From the NCBI GenBank assembly GCA_048882965.1, contig JBHLRC010000002.1, forward strand, positions 21,993 through 85,992: 64,000 bases of DNA. The letters run 5' to 3'. The translations under genes were made by a program, and so were the position numbers. Source of the DNA: Candidatus Thorarchaeota archaeon (lineage in GTDB: Archaea; Asgardarchaeota; Thorarchaeia; Thorarchaeales; Thorarchaeaceae). The notes below the pieces were generated by a model that saw nothing but the letters and a program-made list of their open reading frames with translations, had not been told where the DNA came from and ran no database searches. The stretch's first letter is position 1; each line of letters opens with the position of its first letter. Positions 9,354-18,185 of this stretch are shown here, one piece after another.

Positions 9354-10796
9354 ATGATAAAAGCAAGGATAAGAGGAATCTACTCACAATCGTTGACACA
9401 GATAATGCTGCAGAATCATTACGATATAGTGCAGCCCACCCCGGAAGTGGCTAGAAGGTTTGGACTACCATATCGTAGTGAAATCCCAGATGTGGATATA
9501 TGGGATAGAAGCGACCTCCAAGGAATCGTTGCAATTGCATATGAATCAGTCTTGACTCGTTTGACTGATGTATTACGAAGGAGGTTGGGAGGTGTCATCA
9601 CTAGGACTCCAAGAGTTGCCAAGAGCTCTGTCTATCGAGGAATCGTTCTTGGAAAGGATGAACGAACTGGTCAGACAAAGATAGATTTAGGAACAATATC
9701 TGGATTACTTCCTGATAGGGGTCTCCAAAGAGGGCAGCAAATCATGGTCCAGATTCGTGCTCATGATTATGGAAGAAAGGCACCAGTTCTATCGTCAAGC
9801 ATAACTATTCCAGGAAAGGCAGCTGTTCTCCTTCCTGAGCCGGTTGTACGTCTCAGTACTAAAATCAAGGATCAAGAGGAACGAAGAAATCTGTTGGTTC
9901 TCGGTCGCAAGATCAGAGAACACACAGAGAACTGGGGTATACTCTGGAGAACAGCAGCAGAAAAGCTAACAGAGGAAGAGTTACGTAATGAAGTAGATGA
10001 CCTACTTGACACAGCACAACAGGTTTTCAATAAGTATAATGAACTAGATTCAACAGGATTATTGTTTGAAGGAACTAGTAATGCTGACATCGAGTTTCCG
10101 TTAGAGGTCAAAGATGCCCTTGACAAGACTCGTGCAAAGATAAAGCCTACACTGGCCCGACATCATTTTTACAAAAGTGCAGGTTATTCATCATTGGTAG
10201 ATTTGGCTGAGATGATAATTGAGGAACGTCCTGAGGAACGGAGGTATGTAACTTCGAAGCTTGAAAAAGTGATATCGAAAGACATGCCGCGAGTTGATGA
10301 TTCAATTAACATAGAACATGTCAAGCTGGATGGTCGGAATATTGTACTTGCTAGAGGAAGAGTTGCTGAAACCACGTCCAAAGGATTTGTGATAAGAAGA
10401 CAATTCAGACACACAAATCGGAAATTGAAAATGGGGCAGGACTCAAACGACGGCGTTGATGTTGTCAGCAGTGAGGGAGATTATGCAATGACTCAGGTGG
10501 TCCCTGGTGCTCTCAAACTTGTAACAGATTATTACTCTCGAGAAGGAAGTCTCAAAGGGACATATGTCAATATCAACACGGGTGTTGAAGTCTACCCAAG
10601 TAATGGAAATAGTCCTGGGAGAATTAGATATATTGACCTTGAGATAGATATTGTAAAGGCACCAGTGACCGAGAAGCCACGTATAATAGACCAGCACTTA
10701 CTGAAAAGAGCTGTTCAAAGAGGATTCATTACACAAGATATGGCGGATGAGTCGTATTTGAAAGCTCAAGAAATATTTGATGAGCTGATGACATAA
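9354..10796 (+). CDS. fau-1: Probable ribonuclease/RNA-binding protein FAU-1 (RNase E/G-like N-terminus plus DUF402)
   Basis: N-terminus IKARIRGIYSQSLTQIML..IVQP, about 480 aa, with a C-terminal DUF402-like region (YIDLEIDIV). Confidence 0.65.
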   Translation: MIKARIRGIYSQSLTQIMLQNHYDIVQPTPEVARRFGLPYRSEIPDVDIWDRSDLQGIVAIAYESVLTRLTDVLRRRLGGVITRTPRVAKSSVYRGIVLGKDERTGQTKIDLGTISGLLPDRGLQRGQQIMVQIRAHDYGRKAPVLSSSITIPGKAAVLLPEPVVRLSTKIKDQEERRNLLVLGRKIREHTENWGILWRTAAEKLTEEELRNEVDDLLDTAQQVFNKYNELDSTGLLFEGTSNADIEFPLEVKDALDKTRAKIKPTLARHHFYKSAGYSSLVDLAEMIIEERPEERRYVTSKLEKVISKDMPRVDDSINIEHVKLDGRNIVLARGRVAETTSKGFVIRRQFRHTNRKLKMGQDSNDGVDVVSSEGDYAMTQVVPGALKLVTDYYSREGSLKGTYVNINTGVEVYPSNGNSPGRIRYIDLEIDIVKAPVTEKPRIIDQHLLKRAVQRGFITQDMADESYLKAQEIFDELMT

Positions 10797-10841
10797 GGGA
10801 AAATCGTGAGGAAAAATTACAAACTTTTGTAGTTAAGTGGG

Positions 10842-11090
10842 TTAATCAACAGAGTCAGAAGTTCTCAATGACAGATCAATTGCACTCATAATGTCCTCAA
10901 GCGTAGCAGCCACGCTTTCTAGACTGCGTGATGAATCTATTGTGATATTTAGTATCTGACCAGCCTGGACACAATCAATCTCAAGCCCTTCAGGGAGGGG
11001 AGAGTTGTCTGGAGAGATTGCTGACAGTATGGTTTCTGCATTTTCTTCCGATTCAAATTCTAGTTGAATCCGTATAATCAAGTCAATCAC
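10842..11090 (-). CDS. pcc1: KEOPS complex subunit Pcc1
   Basis: 82-aa protein whose LEFESEENAETILSAISPDN..LEDIMSAIDLS pattern is typical of Pcc1/CTAG. Its GTG start overlaps the upstream gene's stop (GTGA). Confidence 0.6.
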   Translation of the reverse strand: MIDLIIRIQLEFESEENAETILSAISPDNSPLPEGLEIDCVQAGQILNITIDSSRSLESVAATLEDIMSAIDLSLRTSDSVD

Positions 11091-12427
11091 GCCTTCTTTG
11101 AGTTGGTGACTATTGATGCGAGTACATCTTCACGTGATTCTGTTGGAAGACCTTCAAACTTGATTGATTTTGCGGATGTTAGTACAGGATTCAGATTCTT
11201 CTGTTGCAAGACTTGGAGAACTTGGTTGGTGTTAATGCTCTCAGATGTCCAAGTGACTATCGTTGATTTATCACCAACAACTAATAGTGGACGCTCTTGA
11301 TTAGCCAATCCACTTTGTAAAGCAACGCGGCTCACATCAGTCAGAATCTCACCTTGAACACCAGCAATTTCGATGATTGTACTAGTTTCAGTTGATACTC
11401 CTTTTAGCTTTGTTTCAAGTCGAAGGATTGTTGAGATAACATCCTTATGATGACTCAGGTAGGTGTCGATTATATTTCGCAGAGACCTTCCTCGGTCTCC
11501 AATCCAGACACTCATCGCGGCTCCCTGTTCCTGTCTAGCCCAAGTTGTTTCAGCTATTGCTTCCAGCCCAGATAGATATCGAAGAGGATTGGTTTCTGAC
11601 TCAAGGGTCAGTATATAATCTGTCCCAAGGATGTGAGGAATTATATTTGGACCAATCTTCTCGAGAAGTCTAGATGTTAGATGTTGTGTGAAATGTTGTG
11701 CTTCCTTATTATTCAAGTCACTCATAGGAGAACGGAGTTTTGGTAGTGGGATCTCAGCCTCGTTTAGTAGAGCATCACAAGCTTGTTGGTTTCCGCTCAT
11801 TCCTTGGATAAATGGACGTGTGCTGTAGACAAACAGTTCATCAAGGGGTAGAAAACCAAACCCAAACAATTTGATACCTTTTCGTTCCTCGATTAGTTTC
11901 TCTTTCTTAGCGCGTTCGACTATCTCTTTGTTTACTTTGGGGGACGACTTCTTAGATTCAGTATGAAGTAAGGTTGCCCCTGCAGTAATTTGTAGTTCAT
12001 AATCATTTGATGTAAGATGTTCTTCAGCAAATACAAAAGCTGTTGCAGGAACTGTGTTATGTGTTCCTAGAGTTTGCGATCGTATCTGGGGGGATTCTGA
12101 AATGCCACCAATAAATAGCGGGTAACTCTTACCTTTACGGAGTTTTTTCTTTCCTGTTGTGTCAACACCTACGAAAATTACAGATGCTGACTCATGCTTT
12201 GCACGAAGTTCGTTGACTTGTTCTATACTGATTATTGGTGATTCAAATGTTACATGAAACATCCCACCAGATTTCATAATCGCTCTACAGAGTATTGCTG
12301 TTGCTAAGGTGGAACTCGTGTCAGGAGACGACACAAGAAGTACATGCTCGCTATTTGTGAATTTAATCTCAGAACACTGTTTCTTCAGTGATTTAAAAGA
12401 TGGAGATCCACGGGTTTTTGCACTCAT
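11087..12427 (-). CDS. Degenerate DHH/RecJ-like protein (candidate Cdc45/RecJdbh-type, probably non-catalytic)
   Basis: Motif I-like LLVSSPDTSSTLATAIL and motif II-like VIFVGVDTTG. I found no DHH triad. 446 aa. Confidence 0.4.
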   Translation of the reverse strand: MSAKTRGSPSFKSLKKQCSEIKFTNSEHVLLVSSPDTSSTLATAILCRAIMKSGGMFHVTFESPIISIEQVNELRAKHESASVIFVGVDTTGKKKLRKGKSYPLFIGGISESPQIRSQTLGTHNTVPATAFVFAEEHLTSNDYELQITAGATLLHTESKKSSPKVNKEIVERAKKEKLIEERKGIKLFGFGFLPLDELFVYSTRPFIQGMSGNQQACDALLNEAEIPLPKLRSPMSDLNNKEAQHFTQHLTSRLLEKIGPNIIPHILGTDYILTLESETNPLRYLSGLEAIAETTWARQEQGAAMSVWIGDRGRSLRNIIDTYLSHHKDVISTILRLETKLKGVSTETSTIIEIAGVQGEILTDVSRVALQSGLANQERPLLVVGDKSTIVTWTSESINTNQVLQVLQQKNLNPVLTSAKSIKFEGLPTESREDVLASIVTNSKKA

Positions 12428-12460
12428 TTCACAGGAACGAGCTAGTTGTCTATGATAAAA

Positions 12461-12922
12461 CTATCTCAAAAGCACAGCAGCCTGGTCAGGACTGTACCTC
12501 CAATTTGCAGGAAGCACCTTCTTCTTGCGATAATACTTGGAAAGTCTGTGGATTTTGCTTTCGACCAATTGAAGACCCCGTTTGGAAACAAAATCTTTCT
12601 TGTTTTCCTCAAGATGTCGTCGGATTGTGGCAGCCTTAGCAATCATATTTCTGAGGTCTTCAGGTACATTTCTCTGTAGGTCATTTTCACGGAGGATATC
12701 CATTATCCGTTTTCCAGTAATCACTCTAACAAGGGGTATACCATACTGGTCCCGGAGAATCTTACCTACCATAGAGGGTGTATTTCCAGCTTTAGCAAGT
12801 TCAATTACTTTGGCTTCTACCCACTGAGCGTTCTTCTCCTTTTCCATCCACTCAGGGAGTCTCAATGTGGAGGGGCGTTTGCTGCCGGACTGGCCTTTGC
12901 GTCTTGTGTGCATTCTTGCCAT
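12461..12922 (-). CDS. rps15: 30S ribosomal protein S15 (uS15/S13e)
   Basis: MARMHTRRKGQSGSKRP N-terminus and a conserved C-terminal helical domain. The ORF-track upstream extension was trimmed. Confidence 0.9.
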   Translation of the reverse strand: MARMHTRRKGQSGSKRPSTLRLPEWMEKEKNAQWVEAKVIELAKAGNTPSMVGKILRDQYGIPLVRVITGKRIMDILRENDLQRNVPEDLRNMIAKAATIRRHLEENKKDFVSKRGLQLVESKIHRLSKYYRKKKVLPANWRYSPDQAAVLLR

Positions 12923-13025
12923 TGGAATTGCCTCTAGGTCCATTGATACCCTCAGAAACCGGGTCAGACCCACGGCTTAAAGCTGTGGATATAAAGATTA
13001 CCTTGTGGAGAAGGCTGTTCAATGG

Positions 13026-13667
13026 TCAGTGATATCTTCCTCGCTCCCTGATAGCCTTCATTCTTGCCAGTATGGGTTCTGCTGTATTTTTGAGGACTTC
13101 GATATAACCCTCAAGAGTAGCATCTAACATGATTTCTTGAAATTCCCAGTGTGTGGTTTCTAAAGCTCTATGAATGAGATGAAGGTCTACGCCTTTCATC
13201 TCGATTGTGGCATTCATTTCAGATAATCCGAAGTCTACAATCCACATTCGTGATTTTTCATCAATGATGACATTACTAGTGGTTGGGTCCCCATGTACAA
13301 TATTTCCCTGATGAAGTAAAGCTATAAGCCTTCCAAATCTATGACTTAGTGAAACAAGCTCAGACTGAGAGATGTGTTCAGCTAGTTGTTTGAATTGATT
13401 TCCTGAGATGTAATCCATCAGAATCATATGTTTATCAAGATTAATAGAATAAACCGCGGGAGTAGGTACCCCAAGAGATCGTGATACTGTTAGCATTTTA
13501 CATTCTCTACTGGTTCTTGACTTTCTAAGCAGTGAGTCAATATCTTTCAGGAGATAAGGCTTGGATTGACGCCACTTCAGAACATAGGAAGACCCCCATT
13601 GTTCAATCTTGTAGATCAGTGATTCCGCACCTTTTGCCAATAGCTGCTTCACACCATCTACCTCCAT
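13026..13667 (-). CDS. bud32: KEOPS kinase/ATPase Bud32
   Basis: Small RIO-like kinase with catalytic HGDPTTSNVI and DFGLS motifs. It overlaps kae1 by 10 nt. Confidence 0.85.
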   Translation of the reverse strand: MEVDGVKQLLAKGAESLIYKIEQWGSSYVLKWRQSKPYLLKDIDSLLRKSRTSRECKMLTVSRSLGVPTPAVYSINLDKHMILMDYISGNQFKQLAEHISQSELVSLSHRFGRLIALLHQGNIVHGDPTTSNVIIDEKSRMWIVDFGLSEMNATIEMKGVDLHLIHRALETTHWEFQEIMLDATLEGYIEVLKNTAEPILARMKAIRERGRYH

Positions 13668-14644
13668 AAGATGTCTTGATCATCTGTACGCCATTTTGGC
13701 AAGACATGAGAGTTCTCAACTTTGATGATGTTCCCAGCGTTGAACTGAAGAATTCCATTCCATGCAATCATGGCACCTTGATCCCCTGCCAAGGATGGGG
13801 AAACTCGATGATATTCTGCATCATGCCTTTTCGCAACACCAGATAAAATGTCACTAAGCCGATTATTACGAGCAACCCCACCTGTCAGGAGTAATTCGCT
13901 TTTCTTTGTATGCGCTATTGCGCGTTCTGCAATCTCCGCTAGCATTCCAAAAGAGGTTTCTTGTACACTATAACAGATGTCCGGGATAGAAACACCTTCA
14001 GAATGAAGTCTTTTTGCTGCTGTAAGCATTCCAGAGTAACTCAGATCCATTCCTTTTACTGAATAAGGAAGACTATGATATTGTGTTCCACTCTTTGCTT
14101 CTTTTTCGATGATTGGACCTCCAGGAAATCCCATTCCTAACTCGCGACCAAGTACATCTAACATGTTACCGATTGCGATATCTAACGTTTCTCCAAATGT
14201 TCTGAATCGACCACCTGCAAATGCAATGATTTGGGTATTCCCACCGGAAACATATACTGTTACTGGATCCTTGAAGTTGGACTCTAGACACCCAATCTCA
14301 ATATGAGCAACACAATGATTAACACCAACAAGTGGGACCTTCAGTTTTAATGATAAAGTCCGAGCGATTGTAGCAGTGGTCCTAAGACATGGACCTAATC
14401 CAGGACCTTGAGAGAAAGCGACAAGGTCTATTTTCGACAGGTCAATGCCAGCCTCTTTTATGGCATCCTTGACAATGCCGGGCCCAAGTTCAGAGTGATG
14501 ACGGCTTGCCTCACGCGGGTGGATTCCGCCTTGAGCTGGTTTTAACATGTCCCATTTGTTTGAAAGAACCTTGCCTTTGTCTGTTACAACTGCAGCGCCA
14601 AATGAATGAGCAGTCCCTTCAAGTCCTAGGCAGTGTAGAGTCAT
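13658..14644 (-). CDS. kae1: tRNA N6-adenosine threonylcarbamoyltransferase Kae1
   Basis: ASKHA fold with metal site NHCVAHIE, LGLEGTAHSFG N-terminus, and GGVARN. Confidence 0.9.
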   Translation of the reverse strand: MTLHCLGLEGTAHSFGAAVVTDKGKVLSNKWDMLKPAQGGIHPREASRHHSELGPGIVKDAIKEAGIDLSKIDLVAFSQGPGLGPCLRTTATIARTLSLKLKVPLVGVNHCVAHIEIGCLESNFKDPVTVYVSGGNTQIIAFAGGRFRTFGETLDIAIGNMLDVLGRELGMGFPGGPIIEKEAKSGTQYHSLPYSVKGMDLSYSGMLTAAKRLHSEGVSIPDICYSVQETSFGMLAEIAERAIAHTKKSELLLTGGVARNNRLSDILSGVAKRHDAEYHRVSPSLAGDQGAMIAWNGILQFNAGNIIKVENSHVLPKWRTDDQDILWR

Positions 14645-14778
14645 CTTTCATGAACCTGAGTTTTTGTTTCTAGACAAATCTTGTGTACCGTTGATAGTTG
14701 ACTCTTACGATTGGACAGTCATCATCTAGCAAAGGCTTTATAATGAACTCAGAAGGCCATCTTCAAGAGGTGTCCTAA

Positions 14779-15006
14779 GTGCCTGAGAAAATGCCGATAA
14801 AAGCCTTAGAACAACAACTCAACGATATTGTTTCAATAAAATTGAAAGATCAGAGGATCTTTCAGGGGCGCCTAACAAGGTGTGATATGTATATGAATCT
14901 CACACTTGCAGATGCAGAGGAACTTGAAGATAACGAAACCAAGGCCAAATATGGTCAAATTCTGATAAGAGGCAACAATATTCTATGGATTCAGATTCCT
15001 GAGTAA
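14779..15006 (+). CDS. Sm-like archaeal protein (LSm/SmAP)
   Basis: Sm1/Sm2 motifs: VSIKLKDQRIFQGRLTRCDMYMNLTL and ILIRGNNI. Confidence 0.85.
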   Translation: MPEKMPIKALEQQLNDIVSIKLKDQRIFQGRLTRCDMYMNLTLADAEELEDNETKAKYGQILIRGNNILWIQIPE

Positions 15007-15032
15007 CATTAGATTGTAGAGGTTTCTCTAGT

Positions 15033-17066
15033 TCATCGCTCAATCTCACGACGGTATCTCTCTACTAACTCCACCAGTTGTTCTTCGCCCTTTTGTCGAG
15101 CTTCTTCACGTGCAGTCTGGATAAATGATTGTAGTTGTTGATTGAATTTACTACGGCTAATGAATGCGAATTCGTCCACTCTTTGCAGCTCTACCTCTTT
15201 TGCATCAACGACAGGGATGAGTGCTTTAATCAGTTCATCTCTGGGAAGATGGGATAGAGGTGTATCTACTACTACAGCACGTATCTCTCTATCAATCAGG
15301 ATTCCTGCTGTCTGTGGACCGCCACCAGAAGCGTCTTCGAAAAGCACTACATCACCCTTCTTCAAACCAACTTTTTTGTTAAACTCTTCAATACTCTCAC
15401 GTGTGAAATGGGAAATTACTTTGACTGCGAGCATATCCCCGCGCATCTCTAACCGTTTGACCCCCGTTAGACGTTCAAGTCGTTTCCGTAGAGTGTCTAC
15501 TTGTTTTCTAAGGGATTTTGTTTCTCGTTGTGCTTTTTTCAGGGTTGACTTTGCTTTCTCTACTTCGCGGTCTCGTTTTATTTTCCAGTGATTCTCTCGG
15601 GAAACGATTTCAAGGCTTTCTGAAAGCTCACTCTCTCTAAATTTCAGATACTCTACGAATCTTTGTAAATCCTCAATCTTTTCGCTGAGTACTTTGTTCT
15701 CAACCTCCAAATGTTCGGTTTTTATCTTTAGAGAATCATACCTTTCCTGAGTCAAGGGTTCTTCTTCAACTGGCTGTTGCTCTGGAACAGTTTCTACAGG
15801 TTCTGATTCCTCACACTCTATCTTTGCAAGAGCTTCATTGATCGAGGATCCTTTAATCACCAAGGCTTTCAGATAGTTTCTGTCAACTGATAGCTGTTCA
15901 TCACGAATCAGTTGGTCAATCTGTTGAAATTTAGGAAGCAGGCTTCTGAATGCATAGACTGCCGCTGTTAATGCATCTCTTTCATGAGCATTATGTATCT
16001 TCATTTCATTGCCATATTCTCGAGCTAACTCATTTTTGTCTGCAACAGCAATTGGTTTCTTTGGTGTAAATATTGGTGCATTAACGGTGCTAGCTATCTT
16101 CTCAACTAGATGTGGTGTCTGGGGTACATCGGAGGCTATGATTGCAGGTATTCCCTTTTCATATACCTCTCTGATAATATCTGCTCTTGTTAGTCCTTTC
16201 TTACTTCTCAATGTATGGATTTTTCCATTTAGTTTTAGAAGACAATACGCGGCTGTTGTTCCAGGGTCTATACCCAGAATGAAGTACTTTGGTTTCAAAC
16301 CAGAACTAACAGGACGAGGTTCGAGGGAGAGAAACTCTACTCTTTTACGAACTGGAGAAATGAGGACATTGAAGTCGCCACCACGTTTTGTTTCAACAAT
16401 GCTGCGAATAGCTGGCAGAGGTGCATATGCAACGAGTCTTGCACTAGCATAGCCGAAATCAGATTCACGAAGGTCAAGATCGTAATCGATCTCAGCAGCT
16501 TTCAATTGTGACTCTATGAAACGGGTCATTTGTTGAATTTGTGAGTGAACTCTGCGGCGATATCTGTTCGCACTTTGTCCGCCGCGGCCTGGTTTACGAC
16601 CACGGGTTACTTTGATTTCTGTCTGCTCTCCAAAGCATTCTAGTCTGTGACCAACTCCTAGAGAAGCTAATTGAGCCGCAATGCGTGCTGATTGAAGGGG
16701 GGTAGGCTTTCCTCGAAGACTCAAACCATGGCGTTTTGCTAGAATCTTAAGAGGTGTCTGATGAGGAGGAACCCCCGTCACTTGAACTATTTTAGTGTCA
16801 GTAGGGATTCTGTCTACAAGATGAAAAAGGGACTTTGTATCTGGAACAATTTCGAAGATATTGTCTGTGCAGAGCCATTTTGGAGCGACTTCGCGGACTA
16901 GTTTGAGTAAGCCACCTCTAGAAATCTCTGGATATTCATTTAGAACTACATTATCTCTGGTTATTACACAAGCAAATTTCGGAGCTCGTTTTGAACTGGC
17001 GCTATATGAAGGTAGTATATCAAAACCGATGATGAAAATGCCATCTTCATCCATATGGCTCAGCAC
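15033..17066 (-). CDS. DUF460/COG2433-type protein with RNase H-fold (RuvC/YqgF-like) domain and coiled coil
   Basis: ILGIDPGTTAAYCLL RuvC-like motif, a long central coiled coil and 677-aa length typical of this archaeal family. Confidence 0.55.
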   Translation of the reverse strand: MLSHMDEDGIFIIGFDILPSYSASSKRAPKFACVITRDNVVLNEYPEISRGGLLKLVREVAPKWLCTDNIFEIVPDTKSLFHLVDRIPTDTKIVQVTGVPPHQTPLKILAKRHGLSLRGKPTPLQSARIAAQLASLGVGHRLECFGEQTEIKVTRGRKPGRGGQSANRYRRRVHSQIQQMTRFIESQLKAAEIDYDLDLRESDFGYASARLVAYAPLPAIRSIVETKRGGDFNVLISPVRKRVEFLSLEPRPVSSGLKPKYFILGIDPGTTAAYCLLKLNGKIHTLRSKKGLTRADIIREVYEKGIPAIIASDVPQTPHLVEKIASTVNAPIFTPKKPIAVADKNELAREYGNEMKIHNAHERDALTAAVYAFRSLLPKFQQIDQLIRDEQLSVDRNYLKALVIKGSSINEALAKIECEESEPVETVPEQQPVEEEPLTQERYDSLKIKTEHLEVENKVLSEKIEDLQRFVEYLKFRESELSESLEIVSRENHWKIKRDREVEKAKSTLKKAQRETKSLRKQVDTLRKRLERLTGVKRLEMRGDMLAVKVISHFTRESIEEFNKKVGLKKGDVVLFEDASGGGPQTAGILIDREIRAVVVDTPLSHLPRDELIKALIPVVDAKEVELQRVDEFAFISRSKFNQQLQSFIQTAREEARQKGEEQLVELVERYRREIER

Positions 17067-17207
17067 TCGGTATAAGGAACTAAGAATCGCCTATGAACCT
17101 ATTTATTGGTTCAAACTTGCACTCGTATCTCTTTGACCCATCCTCAAACAACAACTATAATAAAGCCGGATTTGAGCAACGACCAACACTCATTCGAGGT
17201 GTAATAA

Positions 17208-17489
17208 CTGTCCGAAACACTTGAAGTTAACAATGACGACGCGATCTTACGAATTGGACGCGCCTTATCATCAGGAACCCGGCTAAAGATACTGAAGATT
17301 TTACTTCAGGGAGAGAAAGATGTGACACGAGTTGCTAGACACCTCGGTGGAACTGAGGCCAACGCAAGCGCCCAAATTAAGATATTAAAGGATGCAGATT
17401 TACTGGATTGTAGATATGAGCCTGGTCAGCATGGTCTCAAGAAGATATCCTGGACAAAGATAAAACGCATCGTTATTGACTTGGAATAA
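17208..17489 (+). pseudogene. ArsR-family winged-HTH ORF without a canonical start codon (possible frameshift or non-AUG start)
   Basis: Hand translation gives ..DDAILRIGRALSSGTRLKILKILLQGEKDVTRVARHLGGTEANASAQIKILKDADLLDCRYEPGQHGLKKISW... The frame is open from 17208. The only nearby ATG (17233) is one nucleotide out of frame. Confidence 0.5.
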
Positions 17490-17538
17490 TCACCCAAATC
17501 AATTGGAACTCATACAGGTAGTTTGTTGGAGAGCTAAT

Positions 17539-18102
17539 TTATACTGTTAGATGAGCTTTCCAACGACGGATTCTTTTCAGAATATTATCTCTTTCATCTG
17601 GACGTATTGTTCTCGTTCCTCGTGCCTTGAGGAAATTGAGGACGATGTCCATATCTCTGGCAACCTTGCTCTTTTGTGAGTCGCTGGTGTCATCAATCAG
17701 ATACTCTCTTGCAGCCTGAAGGTACTCAAGAATTATCTCTGCAGGAGCTTCTCCAGTTCGTAATTCATGCGCAATCGGATCGAGAACTCGGTTTACCTTT
17801 GCACCGTTTCCACTGTCTGGGTCTTCAGATATTATCGTTTCAGTAGACAGGTCGCTTTCTACTACAGTGACAGGAGGATCCTCATCATCAACTTGGGGGA
17901 TTGTTTCTGATTCAACAGTGTCTGAAGCTGGTGTCTTGACTTCGGAGAATAGTGGAAGAATCGAGGCAGACGTTTCTGAACTAGTATCTGAAACAATGTT
18001 CAGACGACTACGTAATTCACGAAGCTGGTCAAATAGCTCCACAAGACCTGATTGCATTAAGTCAATGAGTTGTTTTATCTCATTAAGTTCATCATCGGAC
18101 AA
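17539..18102 (-). CDS. Hypothetical acidic protein (coiled-coil N-terminus, acidic Ser/Thr-rich linker, helical C-terminus)
   Basis: Long ORF co-oriented with and 83 nt downstream of herA. I recognise no family. Confidence 0.45.
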   Translation of the reverse strand: MSDDELNEIKQLIDLMQSGLVELFDQLRELRSRLNIVSDTSSETSASILPLFSEVKTPASDTVESETIPQVDDEDPPVTVVESDLSTETIISEDPDSGNGAKVNRVLDPIAHELRTGEAPAEIILEYLQAAREYLIDDTSDSQKSKVARDMDIVLNFLKARGTRTIRPDERDNILKRIRRWKAHLTV

Positions 18103-18185
18103 TTGGTCAAAACCCCTGATTCATTTCTTTGCTATCCCTAATCAAACACGTTTTTTTGGTCTTATCAGGATTTTGTGGAGATACA

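Noticed and set aside
15142-16452. Long antisense ORFs inside confirmed genes. Examples: 15142..15591, 16009..16452, 21275..21703, 38551..38961, 46153..46524 and 53862..54257.
   Set aside because: Each is fully embedded antisense in a gene with strong family motifs. They are Ser/Arg/Leu-rich, the composition typical of shadow frames.
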